From: Pelagomonas calceolata
Taxonomy: Eukaryota
Assembly: GCA_918797485.1 (NCBI GenBank)
Contig: CAKKNE010000003.1
Coordinates: 5,146,001-5,210,000, forward strand
Reading direction: 5' to 3'
DNA length: 64,000 nucleotides
The notes beneath the pieces were generated by a model. It saw nothing but the letters and a program-made list of their open reading frames with translations, was not told the origin of the DNA and ran no database searches. Position numbers and translations under genes: made by a program. The stretch's first letter is position 1. Each line of letters starts with the position of its first letter. This document shows positions 30,783-42,079 of the stretch, in pieces.

Positions 30783-33700
30783 CGCCGCGACTGGAGCGGC
30801 TTCCGGCGCAGCGGTAGGCTTCAGCGTTGGCGACGGCACGGGGACCACGCTGGGCGCGGGCGTCGGCCGCGGCGTCGGCGTCGGTGTCGGTTTGGGCGTC
30901 GGCTGCGGAACCGGCCGCGGCGTTGGACCGGGCGTCGGTCGCTGCGTCGGCATCCAACAGTCGCTATTTCCGTCCTTTTGGCCAACGCCGCACGACGTCG
31001 ACTCGCACGGGGCGACGTCAAACGCGCCGTCCAGGTTCACGTCGTCGTCCACGCACCAGCCGAGGTCCTGGTCGAAGGCATAGGCCAGACAGAACATCAA
31101 ATGCATATCTCTGACGTTTTCGACGTTCCAGGCGCTGATGTCCTGGTTAAACGAGAACGCTTCGTGGAACATCATGCCCATCTCATTGACGTTGTCGACG
31201 CTCCAGCCGCCAATATTCTGATTGAACGACGAGGCGCCCAAGAACATCCCGTACATCCTCGTTACGCCGGAGGTGTCCCACGCGCCGATGTCCTGGTCGA
31301 AGGCAGAGGCGGAGTTGAACATGGAGTTCATGCTTTTGACACCGGAGGTGTCCCACGCGCCGATGTCCTGGTCGAACGACGAGGCACTGCTGAACATGGA
31401 GTCCATGTGCATGACGCTGTGGACCGCCCAACCACCGATGTCTTGATTAAAAGACGAGGCATAGTAGAACATGGAATACATCGTCGTGACGCCAGAGGTG
31501 TCCCACGCGCCGATGTCCTGGTCGAAGGCCGAGGCCCACTTGAACATGAAGGCCATCGTAGTGACGCCGGAGGTGTCCCACGCGCCGATGTCCTGGTCGA
31601 AGGCCGAGGCACTGCTGAACATGGAATACATGGATCTGACGCCCGAGGTGTCCCATGCGCTGATGTCCTGGTCGAAGGCCGAGGCACTGCTGAACATCCC
31701 GCTCATGCTCGCGACGTTGTGGACCGCCCAACCACTGATGTCCTGGTTAAACGCTGAGGCACCGCTGAACATCCAGCTCATGCTCGTTACGCTTTGGACT
31801 GCCCAATCACCGAGGTCCTGGTCGAAGGCCGAGGCATAGTAGAACATGTAGTCCATCGTAGTGACGCCGGAGGTGTCCCACGCGCCGATGTCCTGGTCGA
31901 AGGCCGAGGCACTGCTGAACATGGAATACATGGATCTGACGCCCGAGGTGTCCCATGCGCTGATGTCCTGGTCGAAGGCCGAGGCATAGTAGAACATGAA
32001 GGCCATCGTAGTGACGCCGGAGGTGTCCCACGCGCCGATGTCCTGGTCGAAGGCAGAGGCGCGGTCGAACATGGAATACATGGATCTGACGCCCGAGGTG
32101 TCCCACGCACCGATGTCTTGATTAAAAGACGAGGCGTCGCTGAACATGAAGTCCATCGTTGTGACGCCAGAGGTGTCCCACTCACTGATGTCCTCGTTGA
32201 AGGACGCAGCGGCCGAGTTGCATCCTCTAGAAGAGTAGTAAGACGAGCCGCAAAACAAATACGACATGTCCGTCAACCCTGAGGTCTCCCACGTCGAAAT
32301 ATGGCCGTACGTCGCCTCGGCGGCCGTCGCGTTTGCGAGCCACGCGGCGACTGCCGTTCTGATGTTGAAGCGGTCCATGGCGTAGCCTGTCTTGCTGGGC
32401 GCGGGCGTCGTCGGCGTCGATGTCGGTTGCGGCGTCGGGCGCTTGCTGGGCGCGGGCGTCGGCCGCGGCGTCGGCGTCGACGTCGGTTGCGGCGTCGGGC
32501 GCTTGCTGGGCGCGGGCGTCGGCCGCGGCGTCGGCGTCAACGTCGGTTGCGGCGTCGGGCTTGAAGTGGGATTCGGCGTTGGGCGCGCAGTCGGCGCGCA
32601 GGCGTCGCCCTGCAGGACGCCGCACGACGTCGACGCGCACGGGGTTATGTAGAACGCGTTGTCCAGGTCCACGCCGTCGTCCAGGCACCAACCGAGGTCC
32701 TGGTCGAAGGCCGAGGCATAGTAGAACATGTAGTACATCCTTGTGACGCCCGAGGTGTCCCACGCGCCGATGTCCTGGTTAAAGGCCGAGGCATAGTAGA
32801 ACATGAAGGCCATCGTAGTGACGCCGGAGGTGTCCCACGCGCCGATGTCCTGGTCGAAGGCCGAGGCGCGGTTGAACATGGAATACATGGATCTGACGCC
32901 CGAGGTGTCCCATGCGCTGATGTCCTGGTCGAAGGCCGAGGCGTAGCTGAACATGAACTCCATCGTCGTGACGCCCGAGGTGTCCCACGCGCCGAGGTCC
33001 TCATTGAATGATGATTTTTGTGAGAACAACGATTTCATGTCCGTCACGCCCCCAGTCTCCCACGTCGAGATGTGCCCGTAGGTCGCCTCGGCTGCCGTCG
33101 CGTTGTCGAACCACGCATTGATGGCCCATCTAATTTTCCAGTTGACCATGACGTTGCCCGAGGGCGGGAATTCACAGTCGCCCCACTTCACGCCGCAATA
33201 CGTCGACTCGCACGGGGTGTTAAAGAACATGTCCAGCATTTCCACGCCGTCGTCCACGCACCAGCCGAGGTCCTGGTCGAAGGCCGAGGCGTAGTAGAAC
33301 ATCTGGTACATCGACGTGACGCTGGAGGTGTCCCACGCGCCGATGTCCTGGTCGAAGGCCGAGGCGTAGCTGAACATGGAATACATGGATCTGACGCCAG
33401 AGGTGTCCCATGCGCCGATGTCCTGGTCGAAGGCCGAGGCGTAGCTGAACATGAATTCCATGCTCGTTACGCCCGAGGTGTCCCATGCGCTGATGTCCTC
33501 GTTAAAGGACGCCGCGGCCGAGTTGTAGTAGTCGCACCACGAGTTCGCGCAAAACAACCACGACATGTCCGTCACCCCGCCAGTCGCCCACGTCGAGATG
33601 TGGCCGTACGCCGCCTCGGCGGCCGTCGCGTCCGTGAGCCACGCGGTGACGGCGGTTCGAATGCTACTGTCACCCATCGAGCCACCGCACCGTAGTAAAG

Positions 33701-35306
33701 CCCTGTTGCCGACGCCGCACGACGTCGACTCGCAGAGGACGCCGCCGTTGAACGCGCCGAGGAGGTCCACATCGTCGTCCACACACCAGCCGAGGTCCTG
33801 GTCGAAGGCCGAGGCGCTTTGGAACATGTAGGCCATGGATCTGACGCCCGAGGTGTCCCACGCGCCGATGTCCTGGTTGAAGGCCGAGGCAGAGTAGAAC
33901 ATGGAGCTCATCGACGTCACGCCGGAGGTGTCCCACGCGCCGATGTCCTGGTCGAAGGCCGAGGCGCGGTCGAACATGGAGGTCATGGATCTGACGCCCG
34001 AGGTGTCCCACGCGCCGATGTCCTGGTCGAAGGCCGAGGCGCGGTCGAACATGGAGCTCATCGACGTCACGCCGGAGGTGTCCCACGCGCCGATGTCCTG
34101 GTCGAAGGCCGAGGCGCTTTGGAACATGTAGGCCATGGATCTGACGCCCGAGGTGTCCCACGCACCGATGTCTTGATTAAAAGACGAGGCGTCGCTGAAC
34201 ATGGAATACATCGTCGTGACGCCAGAGGTGTCCCACTCACTGATGTCCTCGTTGAAGGACGCAGCGGCCGAGTTGCATCCTCTAGAAGAGTAGTAAGACG
34301 AGCCGCAAAACAAATACGACATGTCCGTCAACCCTGAGGTCTCCCACGTCGAAATATGGCCGTACGTCGCCTCGGCGGCCGTCGCGTCCGCGAGCCACGC
34401 TGCGACTGCCGTTCTGATGTTGAAGCGGTCCATGGCGTAGCCTGTCGGGCGCGGCGTCGGGCCAGGCGTCGGCTGTCGTGTCGGCGCACAACCGCCCTCC
34501 ACTTTCGTGACGCCGCACGACAATGACGAAAAAGACTCGCACGGGGTGTTAAAGAACATGTCCAGCATTTCCACGCCGTCGTCCACGCACCAGCCGAGGT
34601 CCTGGTCGAAGGACGAGGCAGCGGTGAACATCCTTAACATCGTCGTAACGTTAGAGGTGTCCCATGCGCCGATGTCCTGGTCGAAGGCCGACGCGTAAAA
34701 GAACATGTTCTCCATGCTCGTTACGCCCGAGGTGTCCCACGCGCCAATGTCCTCGTTAAAGGACTCCGCGGCCGAGTTGTAGTAGTCGCACCACGAGTGC
34801 GCGCAAAATAACTCCTTCATGTCCGTCACCCCGCCAGTCGCCCACGTCGAGATGTGGCCGTACGTCGCCTCTGCTGCCGCCGCGTCGTCGAACCAGGCGG
34901 TAACGGCCATTTTTATGTTGCTGTCGGTCATGACGTAGCCGAGCTTGCGCCGCGTCATGGACGCATTCGCCGGTCCGAAGGGCCGAGCGGCCGCGAGGTG
35001 CGGCGAAAAGGCCAGCAGCGCGCGGAGGACCCGCACGCGCGCCGCGGAGCTGCCGTGCGTCGGCAGCGCCGAGCAGGACAAAAAGGCGCCGAATGCGACA
35101 GCACCAGCAGCGCCCCCCGCCGACGGCCGCCAGCCGCCGTCCGTTCTGTAGTTGCGCGTCGTCGGCTTGATTTTTTCTTTGCTTTGCGCTGCCGCAGGCG
35201 TCGTGGTCGCGCCAGTGGTCGTTCGCAGCAGCCGGGAGGGGGCAGCCACGATTACGAGGGCGAGTAGGGAGGCAGCCCAGGACTTGTGGTAGCGCCGCGG
35301 CGGCAT
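30477..35306 (-). CDS. Large DUF285/BspA-like 25-aa-repeat surface protein with PT linkers; probably spliced into the tandem Cys exons
   Basis: Many [25 protein letters not shown] repeats in five capped modules, with PTPxPT linkers. The ORF stop at 30744 falls inside a predicted intron 30654-30752. Confidence 0.88.
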
Positions 35307-35704
35307 CGTTTCGTGCTCCGCTGGCGGGCTGGGGCGTCTCGGGTGTTAGGGTGGTAGCGCTCTCTTGGGCCGAGAGCGCGCGTTGATTAATTATTGCACT
35401 AGTGGATACCGAGCTATATATCGCTCTCTTACCAGGAGGATGGCGATGGAAGGCCAACCCGCAGCATGCCGAGGTTTGTAGAAGCTCCCCAGGAGTGGTG
35501 GTTGGGGGTAGTGGTAGTGGGGTAACCCCCCCCCCCCCAATAAATATTTATTTATTATTTATTTATTTATTTATTAGGAAGTCGCCGGGCGACCGTTGTT
35601 TGAATGCGGACTGTGGCCGGCCGAAGTCCTGGGTGCAAGTCGGCTCATGCGGCGGCGTCGGGTATTGCAGACTTAATTTGCAGTGCGTGCGTCCCGAACA
35701 ACGC

Positions 35705-35795
35705 TTAGGTTGAGGTTAGGATTCGGTCCGAGTAAGGGTTAGGGTTAGGATGAGACTAGGGTTAGGGTTAGGGTTGGGCGAGAGTCGGGTTAGAG
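35705..35795 (+). repeat. Degenerate interstitial telomere-like (TTAGGG)n tract
   Basis: agggttagggttagga and tagggttagggttagggttggg. Confidence 0.7.
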
Positions 35796-36277
35796 CGGGT
35801 CCGAAACGGTCCTAGTGTCGGCGGCAGTTTCGCGGCAAGGTGGGCTCGGATGGTTTTGAAAAGGTGCTCATCGGAACGCGGGGAGCGAGAGAAACGCTTT
35901 TACAGGGACGGAAAGGACGAGCGGCGAAGAACAGCGTTCTGACAAGCGGCGAAAAACAGCTTAAATGCTAGTGGCGCAAAACTCACTAGGGCCTGTGTGA
36001 CCCGTACCGTTAACGGTACGGGTCACCGCAGTTCATTTATTTCACTCAGGCCCGGGCTAGTAAATAGAAGATCCCATGATTTATTTATAATCTCCGAGTC
36101 GGTGTCACTGGCATGTGATAATCACTGGCATGATTACTTGGCCGGGGCCTGTTTAACCTCACCCCGAACCCATGTACACTGAGTGGTACGAGCCTCATAG
36201 CAACAGGACCGCCTTGCTAGTGTCTTACATGCGCTAGCGCGCGTCGAGGGCCAACATTCGCCCGTGAGACTGCCAAA

Positions 36278-37720
36278 ATGCGCCGCCGCCTGGTGTGCGC
36301 GTGCATCTGGTTGTCGCGCCTCGCCGCGGCCTGGCGGAGTGGCGCGGTGGACACGTCGCGGTGGGAGTTCTACGCGCGGCAGCCAGTCCTCCGCGGCGCG
36401 CGCCTCGGCGTCGGCGCGTGCCGCGCGGCCGCCGCGGAGTGGCGCGCGCGGCGGCTCGCGCGGCGCGCAAAGGGCGACGCCGCGGCGCGCGTCCGCCGCC
36501 GCGCGGCGCGGCGCGTCGCCGACCTGCTCGTGGAGCTCGGCCCGACGTACGTCAAGCTCGGCCAGATCGCGTCGTGCCGGCGGGAACTCGTGGACACGGA
36601 GTGGGCGCCGCCGCTCCAGCGGCTCCAGGACCAGGTGCCGGCGTTCCCGGGCGGCGAGGCGGAGCTGCGGCGGCGCTTGGGAAGGCGGTTCGAAGAACGA
36701 TTCGAGGCGGTCGACGGGGCGCCCGTCGCGGCGGCGAGCCTCGGGCAGGTGCACCTCGCGACGCTCCGCGACGGGAGGCGCGTCGCCGTGAAGGTCCAGC
36801 GCCCGAACCTGAAGGCGATCTACGACAAGGACGTGGCGCTGCTCCGTACGATTTTCAAAGCGCTCGACCGCTTCAAGGTCTCCGTCGGCGTCGACCAGGC
36901 CTGGGGCGCGATCTTCGACGACGCCGCGGATCTGCTCTACCGCGAAATCGACTACCGCTGCGAGGCCGCGCACGCGCGCGAGTTCGCCGAGAACTTCCGG
37001 GACGCGCCGTGGGTGACGACGCCCGAAATCTTCGACGACCTCAGCACGGAGCACGTGCTCACGATGGCGTACGTGCCCGGCGTCTCGCTCAAGGACGTCG
37101 CCGCCATCGAGGCGGACCCGTCGCTCGACGCCAAGTCGCTCGCCCGGAACCTGGCGAGGTGCTACCTGCTCCAGTTCTGCAGGCACGGCTTCTTCAACAC
37201 GGACCCGCACGCGGGCAACCTCGCCGCGGACGCGGCGATCCCGAAGGGCCGGCTCATCGTCTACGACTTCGGGCAGGCCGCGCGGCTCGACGAAAACGAG
37301 CGCGCCGGCGCGTTGATGCTGCTCGAGGCGCTCCTCGACGAGGACGCGGAGCTGTGCGTCGACGCCTTCTCCACGATGGGCGTGCTCAAGGAGGGCTACG
37401 ACCGAGAGGCCATCGTCGCGACCGTCGCCGACAACTTCAGAGCCGGCCGCGTCGCGACGGGCAAGGGGGCGGCGCGGCGGGGGGCGACCGCCGCCGCCGG
37501 GCCGCCCCCTGCGGCGGACGGCGCCGCGGCCGATTTTCGGCTGCCCGCGACGCTCGCGTTCGTGAGCCGCGCCCTGTCGCAGATGCAGGGCGTCGGCGAG
37601 GCCCTCGACCCGGCCTTTGAGTTCGTCGGCGCGGTCGCGCCGCACGTGCCCGAGGCCAAGGGCGGCGCGAAGTACGCCGAGGACCGGCTCCGGCGGGCGT
37701 TCGGTCTGGCCGCTCGGTAG
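36278..37720 (+). CDS. ABC1/UbiB (ABC1K) atypical kinase
   Basis: LGPTYVKLGQ, LQDQVP, AAASLGQVH, VAVKVQRP, EIDY, GFFNTDPHAGN, YDFG. Confidence 0.95.
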   Translation: MRRRLVCACIWLSRLAAAWRSGAVDTSRWEFYARQPVLRGARLGVGACRAAAAEWRARRLARRAKGDAAARVRRRAARRVADLLVELGPTYVKLGQIASCRRELVDTEWAPPLQRLQDQVPAFPGGEAELRRRLGRRFEERFEAVDGAPVAAASLGQVHLATLRDGRRVAVKVQRPNLKAIYDKDVALLRTIFKALDRFKVSVGVDQAWGAIFDDAADLLYREIDYRCEAAHAREFAENFRDAPWVTTPEIFDDLSTEHVLTMAYVPGVSLKDVAAIEADPSLDAKSLARNLARCYLLQFCRHGFFNTDPHAGNLAADAAIPKGRLIVYDFGQAARLDENERAGALMLLEALLDEDAELCVDAFSTMGVLKEGYDREAIVATVADNFRAGRVATGKGAARRGATAAAGPPPAADGAAADFRLPATLAFVSRALSQMQGVGEALDPAFEFVGAVAPHVPEAKGGAKYAEDRLRRAFGLAAR

Positions 37721-38225
37721 CAGAGAAATAAAGGAGGTCGGACTTTACTATTCGGGCGGGGGGTAGCCGGAAAGTCTGTTTTCAAGAGCCATCCGCCTAG
37801 GCCTATGTATCTACTAGCTAGATGAACTAGCATGTCCTCCGAGTCCCGGGCCGGCCCCGGGCCGTCCTCACTGGCTTATTAAGCCCTAGAGAGCCCTCCC
37901 ACCTGGGCCGAGGAGTATATTTATTTTGACTTTTAACACCAGAACGGCAGCTCTTCTTCTCGATCGCCACCCTGCGCTGTGATGTGGACCACTGTGTCCT
38001 CCGTCCTCGATTTCTGATTTCAAGTTATCTACTAGTATATGTCACGGTTATTATTTACTTCAAGTTCTAGTTCTAGTAGCCTTTGCGCGATGGTGGAAAG
38101 GAAAAGGACATACACCAAGCCTCTAGAGGCCTCCTCCCTGCGCGGCCAGGATACCCAGCCTGCGCTTAAAAAGAGACGTCAAGACGATACTGATACTATC
38201 GCAAATTTTATAATTATTTAAAAAA

Positions 38226-38646
38226 TTACTCCTCCAGGTTGATCTGCGACCCGAAGCGCCCGTAGAGCACGCCCTTGAGCTCCTTCTGACGCGCCTCCAT
38301 GGCACCGACGCGCTCGTCGAGCGCGTCGAGCTCGGCCTGGACGGCCGCCTGTTCCGCCTCGCAGTGCGCCGTCGCGACGTCCTCGGAGACGTCGACGAAC
38401 GCCTCGCCGCCGAGCATGAGCTGGACCTGCGCGCGCGCGCCGTCGTGTCGCCGGGGCCGCCGCGCGACGCGGGATGCAGACGTCGTCGCCGTCGCCCATG
38501 GCGAGCTCCGTCGTCGCGTCGTCGACTTCCTCGAGGCGCTTCTGCAGCAGCGCCCGTTCCTCCCGCAGCTCCCGCGCGTGGGCGTTGAGGCGGCCGAATT
38601 CGTTGATAAGCACCTGGTCTTCCCGGCGCACTTCGGCGGCGCTCAT
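38226..38646 (-). CDS. PFDN4: Prefoldin subunit 4; intron 38427-38481
   Basis: EVRREDQVLINEFGRLN...GEAF...LKGVLYGRFGSQINLEE; 121 aa after splicing. Confidence 0.93.
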
Positions 38647-38929
38647 TGCCTTTTCAATCACCACCTCTCGTGCTGATAGGTTGTTGGGAAGCAACCTCCT
38701 TCACGACAGCCGCTCAATGTGCAACGCCTTCAACGGGGAGTTGCGAGTAGGAGCGGTAGCGCACGGCTTTTATGATCAATTTTTCCTGGTCGTGGCTAGC
38801 GGCGTAAGACACTAGCAAGCAGGTACCATACCTACGGTACCGTACAAAGCCGCACTTTATTAAGCGGGTACAACAAGCTGGGGTACCAAAATCCCTTTAG
38901 TAGCGCGTCACAAGACCAAAAGCAAAGCC

Positions 38930-40594
38930 ATGCCGGACAAGGGCACCGTCGTGCCCCTGCCGCCGACGGCGAAGCGCCTCGAGGAGGCGAAGACACTCGA
39001 GACCCCGCAGAGCTTCGTGCCGGGCACGAGCGTGAGCGCCGGCCAGTCGTGGCAGGCGGCGGGCCCCGCGCGCAAGATGATGCCGGTGGGCGTGGTGGGC
39101 GCGCTGGGCGCCAGCTACACCGTCTTCGAAAAAAATTGGACGTGCGGCGAGTGCCACACGGAGAACTACGCGAGCAAGCCGCGGTGCCTGCGCTGCCGCG
39201 CGCGCAAGCCCGCCGGCGGCGGCGGCGTCGTGAGCGGCGGCGCCGCGCCCGCGTCGCGCGACGGCGGCGGCGGCGGCGACGCGAACGTCCCCGTGCACGG
39301 CGAGTGGAAGGAGGTCTTCGACGACGCCTCGAAGCAGCTCTACTACGCCAACGGCGCGACGGGCGAGACGCGCTGGGACCGGCCCCTGGAGATGGGCCCG
39401 ACCCCGCACGCGAGCGGCTGGTTCGGGCGCGGCGCCGCGGGCTCCAAGGCGGCGGCGGGCTACGAGGCGAACGACGTCGAATATTTGAAACGCCCGGCGC
39501 GGCAGCAGGTCGACTACGTCGCGTCGAAGAACACGGTGCTCGAGGGCGCCTACGAGTACAACCTCTGGTGGGGCAAGTACCTGGGGGAGCACTGGGGCGA
39601 CAAGACGCGGGAGCCGGCCGAGACGCGGTGCGTCTTGGCCACGGACGCGGGCCGGACTAAGGCGGACGGCGCGCGCGGCGCCGCCGCCTTCTGCCTCTTC
39701 TTCGCGCGCGGGTCGTGCGGCCACGGGTCGAACTGCCGCTACTTCCACAGGATCCCGGTCCGGAAAGACCTGGACCGGCTCGCCCGGGACGAGCAGCGCG
39801 ACGTCTTCGGGCGCGAGCGGCACCGGGATTTCAGGGACGACATGACGGGCGTCGGCGCGCTCATGAAGCCGTGCAGGACGCTCTACGTCGGGTCGCTGCT
39901 CAAAGCCGAGTACGCCGACCCGATGGCGCTCGAAGAAGCGCTCTGGCGGAACTTCGGCGAGTGGGGCGAAGTGGAAAATATCAACCTGATCAGCCGCCTC
40001 TCGATCGCCTTCGTGCGCTACCGCTACCGCGCGCACGCCGAATTCGCCTTCATGGCCATGGCCAATAATCATTTGGACCACGGCGAAAACCTGAACGTGC
40101 GCTGGGCGCACGACGACCCGAACCCGGTCGCGCACGACGCGGCCGCGCGCGCCGACGCCGACGCGTTGGTCGAGATGCTGAAAGCGAAGGGCGCCGCCGT
40201 GGATGGCGGGGAGGTCGTGGCCGACGCGCCCCTGGACTACGCCGCGCCGCCGCCGAAGCGCGCCAAGTCGGAGGACGCCGGCGCCGCGTACCCAGACACG
40301 GACGCCCAGTACGCGGACGCGGCCCGGGCGTGGACGGCGGTGCCCGTCCCGGGCGAGCCCTCCCGGACCTACTGGTGGAACGAGGCGACGGGCGAGACGT
40401 CGGCCGCGAAGCCCGCGGTCGTCGCCGACGCGGCCTGCGACGCCGCGAACGCCGCGCTCGACGCCGCCGACGCCGCCGCCGCCGCCGGGTCGGTCCCGGG
40501 CTGGGCCGAGGCCACGGACGAAGTGTCGGGGCGCAGGTACTTCTACCACGCCGCGACGCGGCAAACGGCCTGGGAGCGGCCGACGGCGAGGTAA
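38930..40594 (+). CDS. CWC2: Cwc2/RBM22-like splicing factor with added RanBP2 zinc finger and three WW domains
   Basis: YNLWWGKY, DAGRTKAD, FCLFFARGSCGHGSNCRYFHRIP, DVFGRERH, RTLYVG, AEFAFMAMAN, LNVRWAHDDPNP. Confidence 0.9.
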   Translation: MPDKGTVVPLPPTAKRLEEAKTLETPQSFVPGTSVSAGQSWQAAGPARKMMPVGVVGALGASYTVFEKNWTCGECHTENYASKPRCLRCRARKPAGGGGVVSGGAAPASRDGGGGGDANVPVHGEWKEVFDDASKQLYYANGATGETRWDRPLEMGPTPHASGWFGRGAAGSKAAAGYEANDVEYLKRPARQQVDYVASKNTVLEGAYEYNLWWGKYLGEHWGDKTREPAETRCVLATDAGRTKADGARGAAAFCLFFARGSCGHGSNCRYFHRIPVRKDLDRLARDEQRDVFGRERHRDFRDDMTGVGALMKPCRTLYVGSLLKAEYADPMALEEALWRNFGEWGEVENINLISRLSIAFVRYRYRAHAEFAFMAMANNHLDHGENLNVRWAHDDPNPVAHDAAARADADALVEMLKAKGAAVDGGEVVADAPLDYAAPPPKRAKSEDAGAAYPDTDAQYADAARAWTAVPVPGEPSRTYWWNEATGETSAAKPAVVADAACDAANAALDAADAAAAAGSVPGWAEATDEVSGRRYFYHAATRQTAWERPTAR

Positions 40595-40612
40595 AATCAT
40601 TTAGGAGCTCTC

Positions 40613-42079
40613 CTAGAGCGAGTCGTACTCGAGGAACCGCACGCGGTTCGCCGACGTCGGGTGCGTCGCGACGTACGCGTCGACGAACCGCCGGACGTCG
40701 GCGAGGACGCGGGCCTCGTCGACGGCGAAGGCGTCGACCTCGACGGCGAGCTTGTGGTTGCCGCCCTTGATGAGGACAACGCCGAGGACGCGCGCGACGG
40801 CGAGCGGCCGCGGCTCCGCGCCGGCGTCGAGCGCCGCGTCCGCGTCCGCGCGCGCGAGGCCGGGCAGGAAGACGTCCCAGCGGTCGCCGTCGGCGCGGTT
40901 GCGGAAGCCGAGGACCTCGCCGTAGGGCACGCCGGAGCCCCACGCGCCGCCCTCGCCGCGCGCCTCGACGACGCAGCGGCAGCGGCCGTTCTCCGCGATG
41001 TTGACCATGGCCTCGAGCGACCGGAACGGCTCGCCCGCCGCGCGCGCGTCGCCGGCGGGCGCCGCGGCCGCCGCGCCGAAGCGGCCGAGCTCGTTCGGCG
41101 GCGGGAGTGCCGGCGCCGGCGCCGGCCTCGTCGCCGCCGCGGGCGGCGCCGCGCGCCGCGCGACGCGCGCGGCGCGGCGCACGTCGAGGCGGTCGCCGGG
41201 GTCGCGCCGCAGGAGCCCCACGAGCACCTCGACGAGCCAGCCGTGGCGGAACAGCAGCCCGTCGCTCCTCGCGTTCGTCTCCGTCAAGAACGAGCTAAAG
41301 TCGGCGAAGACGTCGTCGACCCGCGCGCGGACGGCGTCGCGGTCGGAGAAGAGGCCCGCGCGCCAGTTCGCCGCGGCGGCGAACGGCGACGCGCGCTCGC
41401 GCCGCAGGAGCATCGCGCAGCAGACGCCGACGGACCACGCGTCCATGCGGAGGAGCGCCTTCAGGTTGCTCTGGACGAGCGCGGCGCCGAGCGTCTCGGG
41501 GGCGTTGAACGCCCACGTCTCGGGCAGGCTGAACGGCCGCCGCGTCGCGACGAGCTTCGGGCCTGCGCCCGCGCCGACGACCTTGAGCCGCGGCGCGCCG
41601 CCGCCGCCGCCGTCGGAGCCGACGCGGACGCACTCGCCGTTGAGGCCGAGGTGCGGCAGGCCGCGCTCGTGCAGGAAGCACGTCGCGTCGAGCAGGTCGC
41701 GGATCGGCCGCAGCGTGGCGTCGTCGGTCGCGTTCCGACGCCCCTGCGCGTCGAGCGCCGAGAGCGGCGGGTACGCCGCGTCGAACGCGTGCAGGTAGCG
41801 CACGCTGGTCGCGCCGTCTGCGGCCGTCGCCTGGGCCGTGAAGCTCCGCCGGTAGACGCCGCGCAGCCCCGCGGGCGCCGCCTCGGGCGCGTCCGCGGCG
41901 AAGCACGCCGCGTACTCGCGCCGCTCCTCGGCCCAGACCGCCGCGTCCTCCGCCTCGAGGATCAGGTCGCCGGGGTCTGGCGCCCAGGCGGCGGCCGCCG
42001 GCGGCCGCCGCGACGGTGCCAGAGGTCTCGCTGGGCGCGCGGCGCCGAGCAGCCAGGCACAGAGGCTTCGCCGGCGCAT
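40613..42079 (-). CDS. Degenerate protein-kinase-like domain fused to a family I inorganic pyrophosphatase-like domain
   Basis: FLHERGLPHLGLNGECV, FNAPE, MDAWSVG, LLRRDPGDR; C-terminal PYGEVLGFRNRADGDRWDVFLPG...VLGVV...NHKLAV. Confidence 0.65.
   Translation of the reverse strand: MRRRSLCAWLLGAARPARPLAPSRRPPAAAAWAPDPGDLILEAEDAAVWAEERREYAACFAADAPEAAPAGLRGVYRRSFTAQATAADGATSVRYLHAFDAAYPPLSALDAQGRRNATDDATLRPIRDLLDATCFLHERGLPHLGLNGECVRVGSDGGGGGAPRLKVVGAGAGPKLVATRRPFSLPETWAFNAPETLGAALVQSNLKALLRMDAWSVGVCCAMLLRRERASPFAAAANWRAGLFSDRDAVRARVDDVFADFSSFLTETNARSDGLLFRHGWLVEVLVGLLRRDPGDRLDVRRAARVARRAAPPAAATRPAPAPALPPPNELGRFGAAAAAPAGDARAAGEPFRSLEAMVNIAENGRCRCVVEARGEGGAWGSGVPYGEVLGFRNRADGDRWDVFLPGLARADADAALDAGAEPRPLAVARVLGVVLIKGGNHKLAVEVDAFAVDEARVLADVRRFVDAYVATHPTSANRVRFLEYDSL

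Larger units (their letters stand above)
28496..36025. mobile_element. 7.5-kb non-autonomous TIR element carrying a DUF285 gene
   Basis: ~210-bp inverted repeats (28496-28669 plus 28850-28907 versus 35814-36025), TG...CA termini, and CCGC direct repeats at 28492-28495 and 36026-36029. Confidence 0.82.

Noticed and set aside
28496..36025. piggyBac interpretation from the TTAA at each end
   Set aside because: TTAA is the centre of each palindrome; inverted-repeat identity extends 12 bp beyond it to TG/CA with CCGC flanks.
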